Positions 1 to 9,560 of a stretch of DNA of 64,000 nucleotides are shown here, piece after piece. This DNA is from an archaeon (lineage in GTDB: Archaea > Iainarchaeota > Iainarchaeia > Iainarchaeales > 0-14-0-20-34-12). Made by a program: the position numbers and the translations under genes. The stretch covers positions 10,304-74,303 of the forward strand of contig JBBSVU010000006.1 of the NCBI GenBank assembly GCA_038046645.1, in the 5' to 3' direction. How positions within the stretch are numbered: the stretch's first letter is position 1; every line of letters starts with the position of its first letter. Under the pieces are notes generated by a model, which was given only the letters and a program-made list of their open reading frames with translations, was not told where the DNA came from and ran no database searches.

Positions 1-526
1 ACCATGGTTTTTAGTAGGCAAGATAAGAGAATCTGAAATACTTATAAAAATGTTTGAAAATAAACAGTTACTGCCAATATCTGTTGAAGAACAGCAAATG
101 TGGGATATTAACTTATTACAAAAATATTATTCCTCACTTTTAATTTTGGATTGGATAAATGAAAAAGCTGAGCAAGACCTGCTTGAACAGTATAACATAC
201 AACCAGGCATTTTGCACAGCAAACTGCTTATTTGTGATTGGATAGCTTACGCAATACAAGAATTGGCCAAAATACTTAACATGGATGAAAAGGCAGCTTA
301 TTTTTCACAAATTAGAAAAAGATTAAAATATGGCATAAAATCAGAATTAGTTGAATTAGTTGAATTGAAAAATATTGGAAGGATTAGAGCAAGAAGATTA
401 TTTAAAGCAGGAATAAAAAGCATTTCTGATTTGAAAAAAACAGACATAAAAGATGTTGAACGGGTTGTTGGAAAACAGTGCGCTGAATCTGTTTTTGAAC
501 AGCTGCACCTAAGTAAGCAGTCATAA
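1..526 (+). CDS. Ski2/Hel308-like DNA helicase, C-terminal part (gene starts upstream of window; frame 2 open from nt 2)
   Basis: Open frame runs to the window edge. The C-terminus has a helix-hairpin-helix motif (LKNIGRIRARRLFKAGIKSISDL) typical of Hel308 domain 5. Confidence 0.45.
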   Translation, partial: PWFLVGKIRESEILIKMFENKQLLPISVEEQQMWDINLLQKYYSSLLILDWINEKAEQDLLEQYNIQPGILHSKLLICDWIAYAIQELAKILNMDEKAAYFSQIRKRLKYGIKSELVELVELKNIGRIRARRLFKAGIKSISDLKKTDIKDVERVVGKQCAESVFEQLHLSKQS

Positions 527-530
527 CGTC

Positions 531-632
531 TAGGAACCCACGCCTAAAGGCGTGACAGAGTATCGAATAAGTATTAATAAAAAAATAGTTTAATAGTTTG
601 AAGGCATATATTATTAAAAGTTCGATACTCTG
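531..632 (-). repeat. Copy A (reverse orientation) of ~85-100 bp structured intergenic element; contains 12-bp inverted repeats CAGAGTATCGAA/TTCGATACTCTG and palindrome ACGCCTAAAGGCGT
   Basis: The reverse complement of 531-600 is about 92% identical to 40119-40187. Both copies lie between convergent genes. Confidence 0.6.
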
Positions 633-776
633 TTGGGCTTGTGGATAATGCTATTAATGTTCAAGAAAACAATGCCATTGCCTAAAGGCAATGGCTTCCA
701 CAAGCCAGACGTTATGAGTGACATTGCCATCGCTCTCCAATATGAATTTTCACTCCCATCATTGCCTGCTGATTAT

Positions 777-1400
777 TCATTTATTCTTAGTTTTGGGGTA
801 TTTGCAATATTCTTTAATTCTGCAAATTTCACATTTTGGGTTTATAGGCAAGCAAATATTTTGGCCAAATTTCACGAAAAGATTATTTATATATTTCCAA
901 TATTTATTAGGGACTTTTTGCATTAATTTTTGCTCTGTTTCTTCTGGCTTTTTTGTCTTTACTAACCCCAACCTGTTTGAGATTCTGTGAACATGGGTGT
1001 CAACTGCAATTCCATCCAAATCAAATGCATAAATTCTGACACATTGGGCTGTTTTTCTACCAACCCCAGGGAGGAATAATAAGTCAGCAAGAGTAGAAGG
1101 GACTTTTCCATGCCAATTATCTAATAAAATGCGGCTTAATTGTTTAATTCTAGCAGCTTTAACTTTATAAAATCCAACTTTCTTTATCAATTTTTTTATG
1201 TTTTTTAAATCAGCCCCTGCCAATTTTTCCGCTGTTGGATATTTCTCAAACAAAGAATCTGCGGCCTTTTTTGTTGTTTCATCCCTTGTCCTTGCACTTA
1301 GAACAGTCGAAACCAGAACCTTAAAATCAGAATTATATTTGAGTATTGGTTTGCTGAATTTATGTTTTTGTAATTCTTCAAAAATCCTTAAAAATTGCAT
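777..1400 (-). CDS. nth: Endonuclease III (HhH-GPD DNA glycosylase/AP lyase)
   Basis: HhH-GPD motif LPGVGRKTAQCV. C-terminal 4Fe-4S ligands C-x6-C-x2-C-x5-C (CLPINPKCEICRIKEYC). Confidence 0.85.
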   Translation of the reverse strand: MQFLRIFEELQKHKFSKPILKYNSDFKVLVSTVLSARTRDETTKKAADSLFEKYPTAEKLAGADLKNIKKLIKKVGFYKVKAARIKQLSRILLDNWHGKVPSTLADLLFLPGVGRKTAQCVRIYAFDLDGIAVDTHVHRISNRLGLVKTKKPEETEQKLMQKVPNKYWKYINNLFVKFGQNICLPINPKCEICRIKEYCKYPKTKNK

Positions 1401-1404
1401 TAAA

Positions 1405-2619
1405 TCACTTTTTCGGGCAGAGAATGGTTTTTGTGAATTCTTCAGGCACTGCCTCTTTGCAGACTGTTTGGATATCTTTCTTTGTTTTTAGTGTGGCTAA
1501 GGCCAAAAAATCCTCAAACTGCCTAAATCCAAAAGTGTCAGCAAATATATTCTGCTCAGCCATCACTAAGGGGTCTTCTCTAGCTATAAGTTGTTTCCCT
1601 TTGAAATACGCCCTTGCACGAGCTAATTGTTTGTCGGTAATACTGCCGTTCTTCAAATTATTGAATTCTTGCTCTATTAGATGGATTGCTTTCAAATAAT
1701 TTTTAGGGTTTGTTGCTAGATATACACAAAAAAAAGCGTGATTTTTATCCCCATCTACAAAGCTGTGCACATCATAGCAAAGCCCCCTTTTTTCCCTTAA
1801 TTCTTGAAAAAGCACTGAACTTAATCCTTCACCTAACATCGCACTTAATAAGTTAAAAACAGCTAATTGATTATTATCCTTTGATGAAAATGGAAAACCC
1901 ATGCAAACATGGGTCTGCTCCAAATCCTTAAGCAACATGCTTTCCCTTGGTTTCCAGCTAGAAAGATTAAACTTTTTCATCCCTGCTGGTTGCTTGCGTT
2001 TTTTTAAATCTGGAAGCCTTCTTTCCACTGAATCCAGTATCCTCCTTGCGGGAATCGACGTATTTATGCTAAAGCAAAAATTATTAGGGGAATAACATTC
2101 TTTAAAATATCTTTCAATATCCTTCTTTTTAATTGAAGAAACACTCTTTTCAGTTCCAGCTGTTTCAAAACCTAATGGGTGTTTGTGGTATAAATCAGAT
2201 AAAAAATTCTGAAAAACAAATCTTGTGGGATTATCCTTTATTTCAGTAATCTCACTTAAGATTATTTTCCTCTCTGTCTCAATCTCTTTTTTATCAAAAA
2301 CACTATTAAAAAGACAGTCAAATAGGATATCTAAGTTTTTTTCAAAAAAATCAGGCAATCCTTTTACATAGTAAGCCGTAGCTTCTTTTTTTGTATACGC
2401 ATTAGTTATGCTACCTGTCTTTTCAATATTGAAAGAAATCTCTTTACGGGTATGTTTTCTTGTTTTAGTAAAAAGCAGATGCTCAATGAAGTGGGCAACT
2501 CCAGCATATCTTTCTTCTTCCAATGCAGACCCAAAAGGTATATTTGCTAATGTCACTGTGCTGTATTTTGAAGAATCATAAAGTAGCTTAGCCCCAGATT
2601 CTAGCTGAAACACATTCAT
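1405..2619 (-). CDS. M16 family (insulinase/pitrilysin-like) zinc peptidase
   Basis: HxxEH zinc-binding motif (HFIEHLLF). Length and architecture fit the M16 family. Confidence 0.8.
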   Translation of the reverse strand: MNVFQLESGAKLLYDSSKYSTVTLANIPFGSALEEERYAGVAHFIEHLLFTKTRKHTRKEISFNIEKTGSITNAYTKKEATAYYVKGLPDFFEKNLDILFDCLFNSVFDKKEIETERKIILSEITEIKDNPTRFVFQNFLSDLYHKHPLGFETAGTEKSVSSIKKKDIERYFKECYSPNNFCFSINTSIPARRILDSVERRLPDLKKRKQPAGMKKFNLSSWKPRESMLLKDLEQTHVCMGFPFSSKDNNQLAVFNLLSAMLGEGLSSVLFQELREKRGLCYDVHSFVDGDKNHAFFCVYLATNPKNYLKAIHLIEQEFNNLKNGSITDKQLARARAYFKGKQLIAREDPLVMAEQNIFADTFGFRQFEDFLALATLKTKKDIQTVCKEAVPEEFTKTILCPKK

Positions 2620-2637
2620 AAAAACAACTATAGATAA

Positions 2638-2832
2638 TTATGTTTTTTTGTTCCTGTTTCTGCCAAAATTAGCATATTTTCTATACTTTATTTCAGTCCA
2701 AGGTTTTGGCTGTTTTGATCGCATTTTTAATTCTTCAGCCAATAACTTTTTCCTCATATCTTCAGTTACTTGCCCAAATAACAAACCTTTGAAATCAAAG
2801 TCGTCTTTAAATGAGGGATCTTCTCTAGTCAT
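2638..2832 (-). CDS. Small basic hypothetical protein (64 aa)
   Basis: ORF only, directly upstream of and co-oriented with the M16 peptidase gene. No recognisable motif. Confidence 0.3.
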   Translation of the reverse strand: MTREDPSFKDDFDFKGLLFGQVTEDMRKKLLAEELKMRSKQPKPWTEIKYRKYANFGRNRNKKT

Positions 2833-2885
2833 ATAACAGTCTATGCACCAGACTCTTTAAAAAGGTTATTAAAAACAACAGAATT

Positions 2886-3767
2886 ATGCCGCAGGAAAAA
2901 GTTATTGGTAATGACCAAAAAAACCCGGTTATGCAAAACAACAAGGAAGAGTTAATTAAAAAGTTTTCAAATGAGTTAATTGTTGCTGGGTACTCCCCAA
3001 AAACAGTGGTTATGTATTGCGGATATGTTTCTGAATTTTTTAACACACTAAAAAAGCCAATAACTGAATCAACGCATGATGATATAATTGCTTTTTTAGT
3101 AAATAAGAAATCTAAGAACGTAACTAATACTACTTTAGCACTAATCTATTCTGCGTTGAATTTTTTCTTCAAAAATTTCCTAAAAATAAAAATTTTAGAA
3201 GAGATAAAAAGGCCCAAAATAGGGAAAAAGATACCGATAGTTCTCACAAAAAATGAAGTAATCGCATTAATTTCGGCTGCAACAAAAAAAACGGATTCGT
3301 TAATTTTAAGCTTTTTATATTCCAGCGGCTGTAGGGTAAGTGAATGCACAAAATTAAAGGTAAATGACCTTGATATGGATAATTATACTGCAACTGTTTT
3401 TGGGGGCAAAGGAAATAAAGACCGCATCGTGATATTATCAAAAAAATGGGTTGAAGACATAAAACAGTACTTAAAAACAAGAAAATTACTAAGTGAATTT
3501 GTTTTTTGCAATTCATCTGGCAACAAAATATCTGAAGATGTGGTTCAGCGGATAGTAAAAAAATGCGCTAAAAAGGCAAACATAACTAAAGACACAACCC
3601 CGCACACTTTGCGCCACTCTTATGCAACCCATCTTTTGGAAAGTGGGGAAAGCATAAGAAAAATACAAGTTTTGTTGGGCCACTCAAATTTATCGACAAC
3701 CCAAATATATACTAGGGTAAGTACTGATGAGTTAAAAAAAGTAAAAAGCCCCCTTGATTCTTTATGA
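2886..3767 (+). CDS. xerA: Tyrosine recombinase/integrase, archaeal XerA-like
   Basis: C-terminal catalytic box HTLRHSYATHLLESGESIRKIQVLLGHSNLSTTQIYTRV (R-H-R-Y family). 293 aa. Confidence 0.75.
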   Translation: MPQEKVIGNDQKNPVMQNNKEELIKKFSNELIVAGYSPKTVVMYCGYVSEFFNTLKKPITESTHDDIIAFLVNKKSKNVTNTTLALIYSALNFFFKNFLKIKILEEIKRPKIGKKIPIVLTKNEVIALISAATKKTDSLILSFLYSSGCRVSECTKLKVNDLDMDNYTATVFGGKGNKDRIVILSKKWVEDIKQYLKTRKLLSEFVFCNSSGNKISEDVVQRIVKKCAKKANITKDTTPHTLRHSYATHLLESGESIRKIQVLLGHSNLSTTQIYTRVSTDELKKVKSPLDSL

Positions 3768-3915
3768 TGGGGGCGCACTTCCACTATTTTTTTAGCTGTT
3801 TTTTAGTTTAAAAACAAGAAAAAAGGCAAACATTTAAATAAACAAAATACATTATCTTATAAAAATAATTCTAAAAAATTAATAAATTAAAGGGCGGAAT
3901 AAGCGGGTGATTTAA

Positions 3916-4236
3916 ATGACATTAAGGCTTTCAGAGCTATTTGGGAAGGAAATTTTCACTTCCAAATCGGAACATAAAGGCAAGATCTTTGATCTTGTCA
4001 TTAATTTAGAGAAGGGTAGAATTGAAACAATAACTACTGAATCATTAAAGGTAAAATCAAAACAAGAAGCCAGAAAAATAATAACTGAAAAAAGCATTCC
4101 ATATAGAAAGGTAATGTCAGTAAAGGATATTGTTTTGGTGAGAGGGGATTCAGAAGTTGTTGAAGCTGAAGAAGAGCCTGTTGCTCAAAAAACAATTCAA
4201 CCTGGTGCGAGTTATAGATTAAGGCATAGAAGATAA
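3916..4236 (+). CDS. PRC-barrel domain protein
   Basis: N-terminal LSELFGKEIFT-KGKIFDLVINLEKGRIETI pattern typical of the PRC barrel. Confidence 0.55.
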   Translation: MTLRLSELFGKEIFTSKSEHKGKIFDLVINLEKGRIETITTESLKVKSKQEARKIITEKSIPYRKVMSVKDIVLVRGDSEVVEAEEEPVAQKTIQPGASYRLRHRR

Positions 4237-4371
4237 AGAATACAACGAAAGCACAGTAATTACTTGATTTTAAGTGTTTTAAGTAATAGTTTTTAAAGTT
4301 GTATGTATCATCTCTATACATAAGTAGCGAATAAATATGTTATAATTTAATTGTGGAAGTGTGGGGGTAGT

Positions 4372-4950
4372 ATGTCTACTGTAAAAGGATATTTTGTCCA
4401 ATATAAATTTATTTTTCCGGATTCAATTAAACATTCATCCTACACATACCAAAAGCTATTTAGGGCTATTTATGGATACACCCAAGTGGTTTTCAAATCA
4501 TCTGGCAAGCGTTATCGTTATCATAGGCAGGGAGTTTTATCTGAAGTTCCCTATATTCGATCAGGGAAAAACTGCGTAATTATCCCCCAAGCTGCGCTTC
4601 AAAAACTAACTACTTTTTTTAGGACTGGAATAAACCCAACCCATAAATGGCATGTTAAAGGAAATTGGAAGGCGGTTTATTATGTTGGGGAAAAAGAACT
4701 TAATCCAACTACGGTTAAAGATTCATTAGAGAAACAACTTGATCGTCTGTATTTATCTGAAGGTAAATCTGTTTTTAATGAGTTAAAAAGGTGTGAGGTG
4801 GGGGAGGTTAGTGAATCATATGCCAAGCATCTACTTTCCGAAGCTGAGAAAATAATAAAACAACCGTGGTTTGTTGTGGTTTATTCTTCTTCCCAAAATT
4901 TAAAAGATTTTAAGACTCTTTATTCAAAAATATTAACTAAATACCCCTAA
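4372..4950 (+). CDS. Hypothetical protein
   Basis: ORF with a GGGGGT Shine-Dalgarno-like sequence before the ATG at 4372. No recognisable domain. Confidence 0.45.
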   Translation: MSTVKGYFVQYKFIFPDSIKHSSYTYQKLFRAIYGYTQVVFKSSGKRYRYHRQGVLSEVPYIRSGKNCVIIPQAALQKLTTFFRTGINPTHKWHVKGNWKAVYYVGEKELNPTTVKDSLEKQLDRLYLSEGKSVFNELKRCEVGEVSESYAKHLLSEAEKIIKQPWFVVVYSSSQNLKDFKTLYSKILTKYP

Positions 4951-4954
4951 CTTA

Positions 4955-5419
4955 TCAATTACTCTCTGAAATAAGCTTTATTTTCTTTTTTTGTGGTTCT
5001 TTAGCCCTCAACTCATCTCTTATTTCATCAACCAACTCAAATAAAAACTCATTTTTCTTCCATTTTCTTATTCCCCCAACACTACTAGCCTCAAAAAAAC
5101 CAACATCAACCATTGTTTTTATGTATGGGTATAAACTTCTTTCATTTAAATATTCAATACCCACAACCACCTTTATCCTCCTTCTTATTTCTTCCATTGA
5201 AATCCACTCATCAAACCCAACTACTTTAGAAAGATGGTCGGCTTGAGTATCCTTCTTAAATCGAACAAAATCCCATACAGCGTATATTTTTTTTACCTTC
5301 TTATCCACAAATTCATCTTTAAATACTTCATTCATTTCTTTTTCTTTCGGTTCTGTTGCCCACACAACTATTGAATCTATGCGTTTTAGTAAAGATCGTA
5401 TTATTAGTTTAATTACCAT
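4955..5419 (-). CDS. Hypothetical protein
   Basis: ORF only. Repeated TACCTTATTG/GTAATTAC motifs lie in its upstream region (5420-5490). Confidence 0.4.
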   Translation of the reverse strand: MVIKLIIRSLLKRIDSIVVWATEPKEKEMNEVFKDEFVDKKVKKIYAVWDFVRFKKDTQADHLSKVVGFDEWISMEEIRRRIKVVVGIEYLNERSLYPYIKTMVDVGFFEASSVGGIRKWKKNEFLFELVDEIRDELRAKEPQKKKIKLISESN

Positions 5420-5765
5420 ATTTACCTTATTGATAGTAATTACTTAAAAATATTACGGTAATTACCTTATTGCCCCCAAACGCCACATATCTCTAAAGTA
5501 AGTGCTTTTTTATGCATTTTTATTTACCCACGCAACCCGCCTTAGTTTGATTTAATATTAAAAAACAAAGTAATTGATTTTTCATTAATGAAAAATCATC
5601 CCCTTGTTAGAAATCTAGTCTATTTTTTGAAAGTAATGATCCGTTTTTTATGTTTTTATCCCTTATCTTTAGGTTAGGACGTACCTAAAATCAGAGTAAT
5701 TGTTAATTTTAATATACTTTATTAAAAAAATCTACCATGGCCCATAAAATTAGAAAGTAATGGTA

Positions 5766-5855
5766 TAGCGGAGGAAGGATTTGAACCTTCGACCTTCGGG
5801 TTTCCAACATTAAAGTTATGAGCCCGACGGGCACTCCTGGCTGCCCTACCCCGCT
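5766..5855 (-). tRNA. Initiator tRNA-Met (anticodon CAT) with ~15-nt intron at canonical 37/38 position
   Basis: Hand-folded cloverleaf with an A1:U72 end pair and three consecutive G:C pairs in the anticodon stem (TCGGG/CCCGA). Loop CTCATAA with a 15-nt insertion. T-arm GAAGG-TTCAAAT-CCTTC. Confidence 0.7.
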
Positions 5856-6026
5856 ATTTTTCAGTAAATATAAGGACAAAAACGGTAGTATTCTATTTTA
5901 ATCGTTCTAAATTTACGTGTTTTACTAATCCTTGTTGCTTTTTATCCTTTTATTTAATAAAAAAGGAAAATACTCCTTTTTAAAGTTTAATTATTAATTC
6001 TAAAATACATCCAAGTTTATGTGTTT

Positions 6027-6557
6027 TTATGACATCTTTTTGAACTCTTTTACTATATTTTCTGCCTCATTTATCCTTTTTTTTGTTTTTTTTATTCTAA
6101 CATTACTATCTAATGAATTCATCTCTTTACCACAATCCGGGCAAATAAAGTTATATTGCGATGCTATTTCAAAAACTGCCTCAGAACAGCCCTTTTCACA
6201 AGAAAAAAAGCAATAATCCTGCATTTTTTCAATTTCCTTAGTTAATTTAGTTATTTCTTCTTGTTTATCCTTAATTAAATACTCTAAAATCTTTTTATTA
6301 TTTATTTTCCAAGTATATGAATACCATCCAGTATTCTTATTCTTCTTTCTTGCGTATTCAACAATTCCTTTATAATGCAGCCTATTTAAAGCAGTTCTTA
6401 TCTCTGTGACTTTTAGCTTTAATTTTTTTGCTACATCCTCATCCGAAAAACCATCTGATAAATAATATTTAGCTATTAATGGCATTGCTAATTGGCCACC
6501 ATTATTGGTCAAAAAATCTTGAACAAAATCATACTTAAAAATAGATTTTTTTACCAT
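6027..6557 (-). CDS. tfe: Transcription factor E (TFE alpha; TFIIE-alpha homologue)
   Basis: N-terminal winged helix (TGWYSYTWKIN) plus a C-terminal zinc ribbon (CFFSC...ICPDCG). 176 aa. Confidence 0.8.
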   Translation of the reverse strand: MVKKSIFKYDFVQDFLTNNGGQLAMPLIAKYYLSDGFSDEDVAKKLKLKVTEIRTALNRLHYKGIVEYARKKNKNTGWYSYTWKINNKKILEYLIKDKQEEITKLTKEIEKMQDYCFFSCEKGCSEAVFEIASQYNFICPDCGKEMNSLDSNVRIKKTKKRINEAENIVKEFKKMS

Positions 6558-6608
6558 ATACTATCTCCTATAATAAAAGGTATATAAACAAATCTCTTAT
6601 TAGTTCAT

Positions 6609-7142
6609 TTAATTTGTTTTTATTATATCTTTATTTGAATTACTTGGATTGATCTTTATTTTAGCATTTTTAAAATTAGCGTACATTGTTTTATCCTTCA
6701 TAATTTTATTCAAAAATATTGCCAAGGCAGCAATTTCTGAATGGGGTTGGTTCCCTATGCTGATATTATACTCACTTATTTCATAAACTTCTTTTGGAAC
6801 TTTTTGAGACCCTATTATGACCATAATTTTATTTTTCCTCTTTATTGATTTGATTTTTTTATAAATCTCTTTCCCATACATCGTTAAATGAATTAGGCAG
6901 TATCCTTCTTTTTTATAACTTTTTAAAGACTGCTTCCAATTATCAGTAAACTCAACCTTAAAATTGCCTCCCCATAAGGAGTTTATTTTAGAAATGGTAT
7001 CTTCTAATTCTTTATCATAAAATCCATCAATTATTATTTTTGAGGCATTTAGCGCCCTAGACACCAAACAAACATGGGTTGTTACTCTTAAATCTCTTAC
7101 GACCCGATGCCCATATCTAAATACAATAACTTCCTTTACCAT
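6609..7142 (-). CDS. tRNA (cytidine56-2'-O)-methyltransferase aTrm56 (SPOUT family)
   Basis: N-terminus MVKEVIVFRYGHRVVRDLRVTTHVCLVSRALNASKII matches the archaeal Trm56 family. Confidence 0.75.
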   Translation of the reverse strand: MVKEVIVFRYGHRVVRDLRVTTHVCLVSRALNASKIIIDGFYDKELEDTISKINSLWGGNFKVEFTDNWKQSLKSYKKEGYCLIHLTMYGKEIYKKIKSIKRKNKIMVIIGSQKVPKEVYEISEYNISIGNQPHSEIAALAIFLNKIMKDKTMYANFKNAKIKINPSNSNKDIIKTN

Positions 7143-7194
7143 ATCTAAGAGACCAGTAGAAATGTATTTAACTGTTTTTTATTATGTGTTAGGT

Positions 7195-8469
7195 ATGCTA
7201 GATATTAATCAAATTAGGCAAGCTCCGGATTTTGTTATTAAAAACATCGAACGAAGGAAAAATACGGAGAAAATACAATTATTGAAAGAATTAATAATTA
7301 AAGATGAAAAATGGAGAAAAGCAATTGCCGGCCTTAATGACTTAAACCATGTGCGTAATAATATTTCTAAAGAAATCAATGAGCTTAAGTTGAATGGGAA
7401 AGATATTTCAACGAAACTTGGGGAAGCAAAAAAACTTCCATTAGCAATAAAAGAAGCAGAAACCCTAGAAAATAATTTAAAGGACGAAGTGGATTCCCTG
7501 CTTTTAAAAATTCCGAATTTGTTGCATGAGTCAGTTCCTTATGGGGGGTCTGATGCTGATAATGTGGTAATTAAAACAAATGGAAAAATAAAGAAACCTA
7601 CTTTTGAATTAATTCACCACGGGGATTTGGCGGTCAATCTGGATTTGGCAGAATTCAAAAGAGCAACAAAAATCTCTGGTGTTGGGTTTTTTTATTTGAA
7701 AAATCAATTAGTGCTTTTAGATTTAGCATTGCAGCGATATGCTTTAGACATTTTAATTAAAAAGGGGTTTAGCCCAATCCAGCCACCTTTTTTAATCAGA
7801 AAAGAGCCATATCGGGGGGTTACCGACTTAGATTTCTTTGAAAATCAATTATACAAAACAGACGAGGATTTATTTTTGATTGCAACTGCAGAACATCCAA
7901 TCGCCGCAATGTATATGAATGAAACCTTAAACGAGGATGATTTGCCTATAAAATATGCTGGTCTTTCCCCTTGCTTTAGGAAGGAAATAGGCAAACACAA
8001 TATTGATGAAAAGGGGTTCTTTAGGGTGCATCAATTCAATAAAGTAGAGCAGTTCATTTTTTGTACTGAAGAGCAGTCTTGGGACCTTTTCGAAGGATTA
8101 GCTGAAAATTCTGAGAATTTGCTTACTGCTTTGGAAATACCCTACCAAAAAGTAAATGTGTGTACCGGGGATATAGGTGAAATTGCTACCAAAAAATATG
8201 ATATAAACGGATGGTCCCCAAGAGAGCAAAAATATATTGAATTAATGTCATGCTCACACTGTTCTGATTACCAAGCAAGACGGTTAAAAATAAAGTATTT
8301 GAAAGGGAATGAGAAGAAATTTGTGACCACTCTGAATAACACAATGGTTGCGACAACAAGATTGTTGAGAATACTTTTAGAGACTTATCAAACTAAAGAG
8401 GGCACATTTAAGGTCCCTAAGGTTTTGCAACCTTATTTGAATTGTAAGGAAATCACCAACCATAACTAG
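7195..8469 (+). CDS. serS: Seryl-tRNA synthetase
   Basis: N-terminal coiled coil followed by a class II core (GLSPCFRKEIG, FRVHQFNKVEQF). The ORF-track ATG at 7162 is probably upstream of the true start (MLDINQIR...). Confidence 0.9.
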   Translation: MLDINQIRQAPDFVIKNIERRKNTEKIQLLKELIIKDEKWRKAIAGLNDLNHVRNNISKEINELKLNGKDISTKLGEAKKLPLAIKEAETLENNLKDEVDSLLLKIPNLLHESVPYGGSDADNVVIKTNGKIKKPTFELIHHGDLAVNLDLAEFKRATKISGVGFFYLKNQLVLLDLALQRYALDILIKKGFSPIQPPFLIRKEPYRGVTDLDFFENQLYKTDEDLFLIATAEHPIAAMYMNETLNEDDLPIKYAGLSPCFRKEIGKHNIDEKGFFRVHQFNKVEQFIFCTEEQSWDLFEGLAENSENLLTALEIPYQKVNVCTGDIGEIATKKYDINGWSPREQKYIELMSCSHCSDYQARRLKIKYLKGNEKKFVTTLNNTMVATTRLLRILLETYQTKEGTFKVPKVLQPYLNCKEITNHN

Positions 8470-8509
8470 CGTTTTTAAATACTATCCTAAAAGGTTATTT
8501 GTACAAAAT

Positions 8510-8582
8510 GGGCCCGTAGCTCAGTTGGCAGAGCACTGGACTTTTAATCCAGGTGTCAGGGGTTCAAATCCCCTCGGGCTCG
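8510..8582 (+). tRNA. tRNA-Lys (TTT)
   Basis: Acceptor stem GGGCCCG/CGGGCTC. Anticodon arm CTGGA-CTTTTAA-TCCAG. T-loop TTCAAAT. Confidence 0.85.
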
Positions 8583-8676
8583 TTCTGCCTTTATTTTCTA
8601 AAAAAAAGAAGTTTTGTAATATAAAAAAGATTTAGGGAATGAATGGAATAGTTTAATATATTTTAGAAAGCAATTA

Positions 8677-8750
8677 GGGACAGTAGCTCAGCCTGGGAGA
8701 GCACACGGCTGAAGACCGTGGTGTCGCGAGTTCAAATCTCGCCTGTCCCA
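8677..8750 (+). tRNA. tRNA-Phe (GAA)
   Basis: Acceptor stem GGGACAG/CTGTCCC. Anticodon arm ACGG-CTGAAGA-CCGT. T-loop TTCAAAT. Confidence 0.85.
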
Positions 8751-8783
8751 TATTTATTCTTAAATTAAGAGGTAAATTCAAGG

Positions 8784-9524
8784 TTATACTTCTTTATATT
8801 CTTCTTCAATTTTTTTAATTATAATTCCCTTTTCAGCAATTTCTAAAGGATGCAGGTCTTCAGAATGTTTTGTTGCCCTCATTTTTCGTATATGCAATGT
8901 TCTGTTGCTTTGGGTGCCTATTCCCATATAATGAAGCACAACAACCCCATCTGCAACATATTCTTCTACCCCATATTTGCCGTATTTATTCTCCCCTTCA
9001 TTTGTTTCAGATATTATAATTGAAGTAGTGCCGCTTCTCATTAACATATAACTTATTTTCAAAACCGCCTTTCGTATTTCTTCCTCAGCCCCCAAGTTAA
9101 ATCCTAATGCTGCAATTGAATCAATTACGACCCTTTTTGCCCCAATCCTTTTTATATTCCTAATAATCTCCAAAAGCAATTTATCCACATCAAGACCTGA
9201 AGAAGGTAGAGAATATTCCTCTTCAGAAGGCATGCCCAATCTAGCTAATGAACCATCAATAATTGCTATTTTGTTTGCCCTTTCCAATTCTCTTAAATCC
9301 CATTTAAACCTTAAACAGTCTTCTCTTATAAGTTCAGGCCTCTCATCTAAACTAATATAAATCCCAGGTTCATTGAATTTTGTCGCCCCATTATAAATGA
9401 ATTGCATTGAAAATATTGTTTTCCCAGTTCCACAACCGCCACTTACTAAGAAGCACCTTCCTTTAGGTAACCCCCCTTCTACAAGGTCATCAAATCCAAC
9501 AATGCCTGTTTTTATCCTATCCAT
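8784..9524 (-). CDS. KaiC-like RecA-superfamily ATPase (single KaiC domain)
   Basis: GFDDLVEGGLPKG followed by the Walker A motif GGCGTGKT. 246 aa. Confidence 0.7.
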   Translation of the reverse strand: MDRIKTGIVGFDDLVEGGLPKGRCFLVSGGCGTGKTIFSMQFIYNGATKFNEPGIYISLDERPELIREDCLRFKWDLRELERANKIAIIDGSLARLGMPSEEEYSLPSSGLDVDKLLLEIIRNIKRIGAKRVVIDSIAALGFNLGAEEEIRKAVLKISYMLMRSGTTSIIISETNEGENKYGKYGVEEYVADGVVVLHYMGIGTQSNRTLHIRKMRATKHSEDLHPLEIAEKGIIIKKIEEEYKEV

Positions 9525-9560
9525 ATTGCCAGTCCCCTCTCATATTATACTTTTCTTCTA

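Noticed and set aside
2600-2900. att site (direct repeat of the tRNA-iMet 3' end) expected at the far border of a putative integrated element
   Set aside because: No match to the tRNA 3' half was found by eye near 2600-2900 or 3768-3915. The integration hypothesis is kept only as a low-interest finding.
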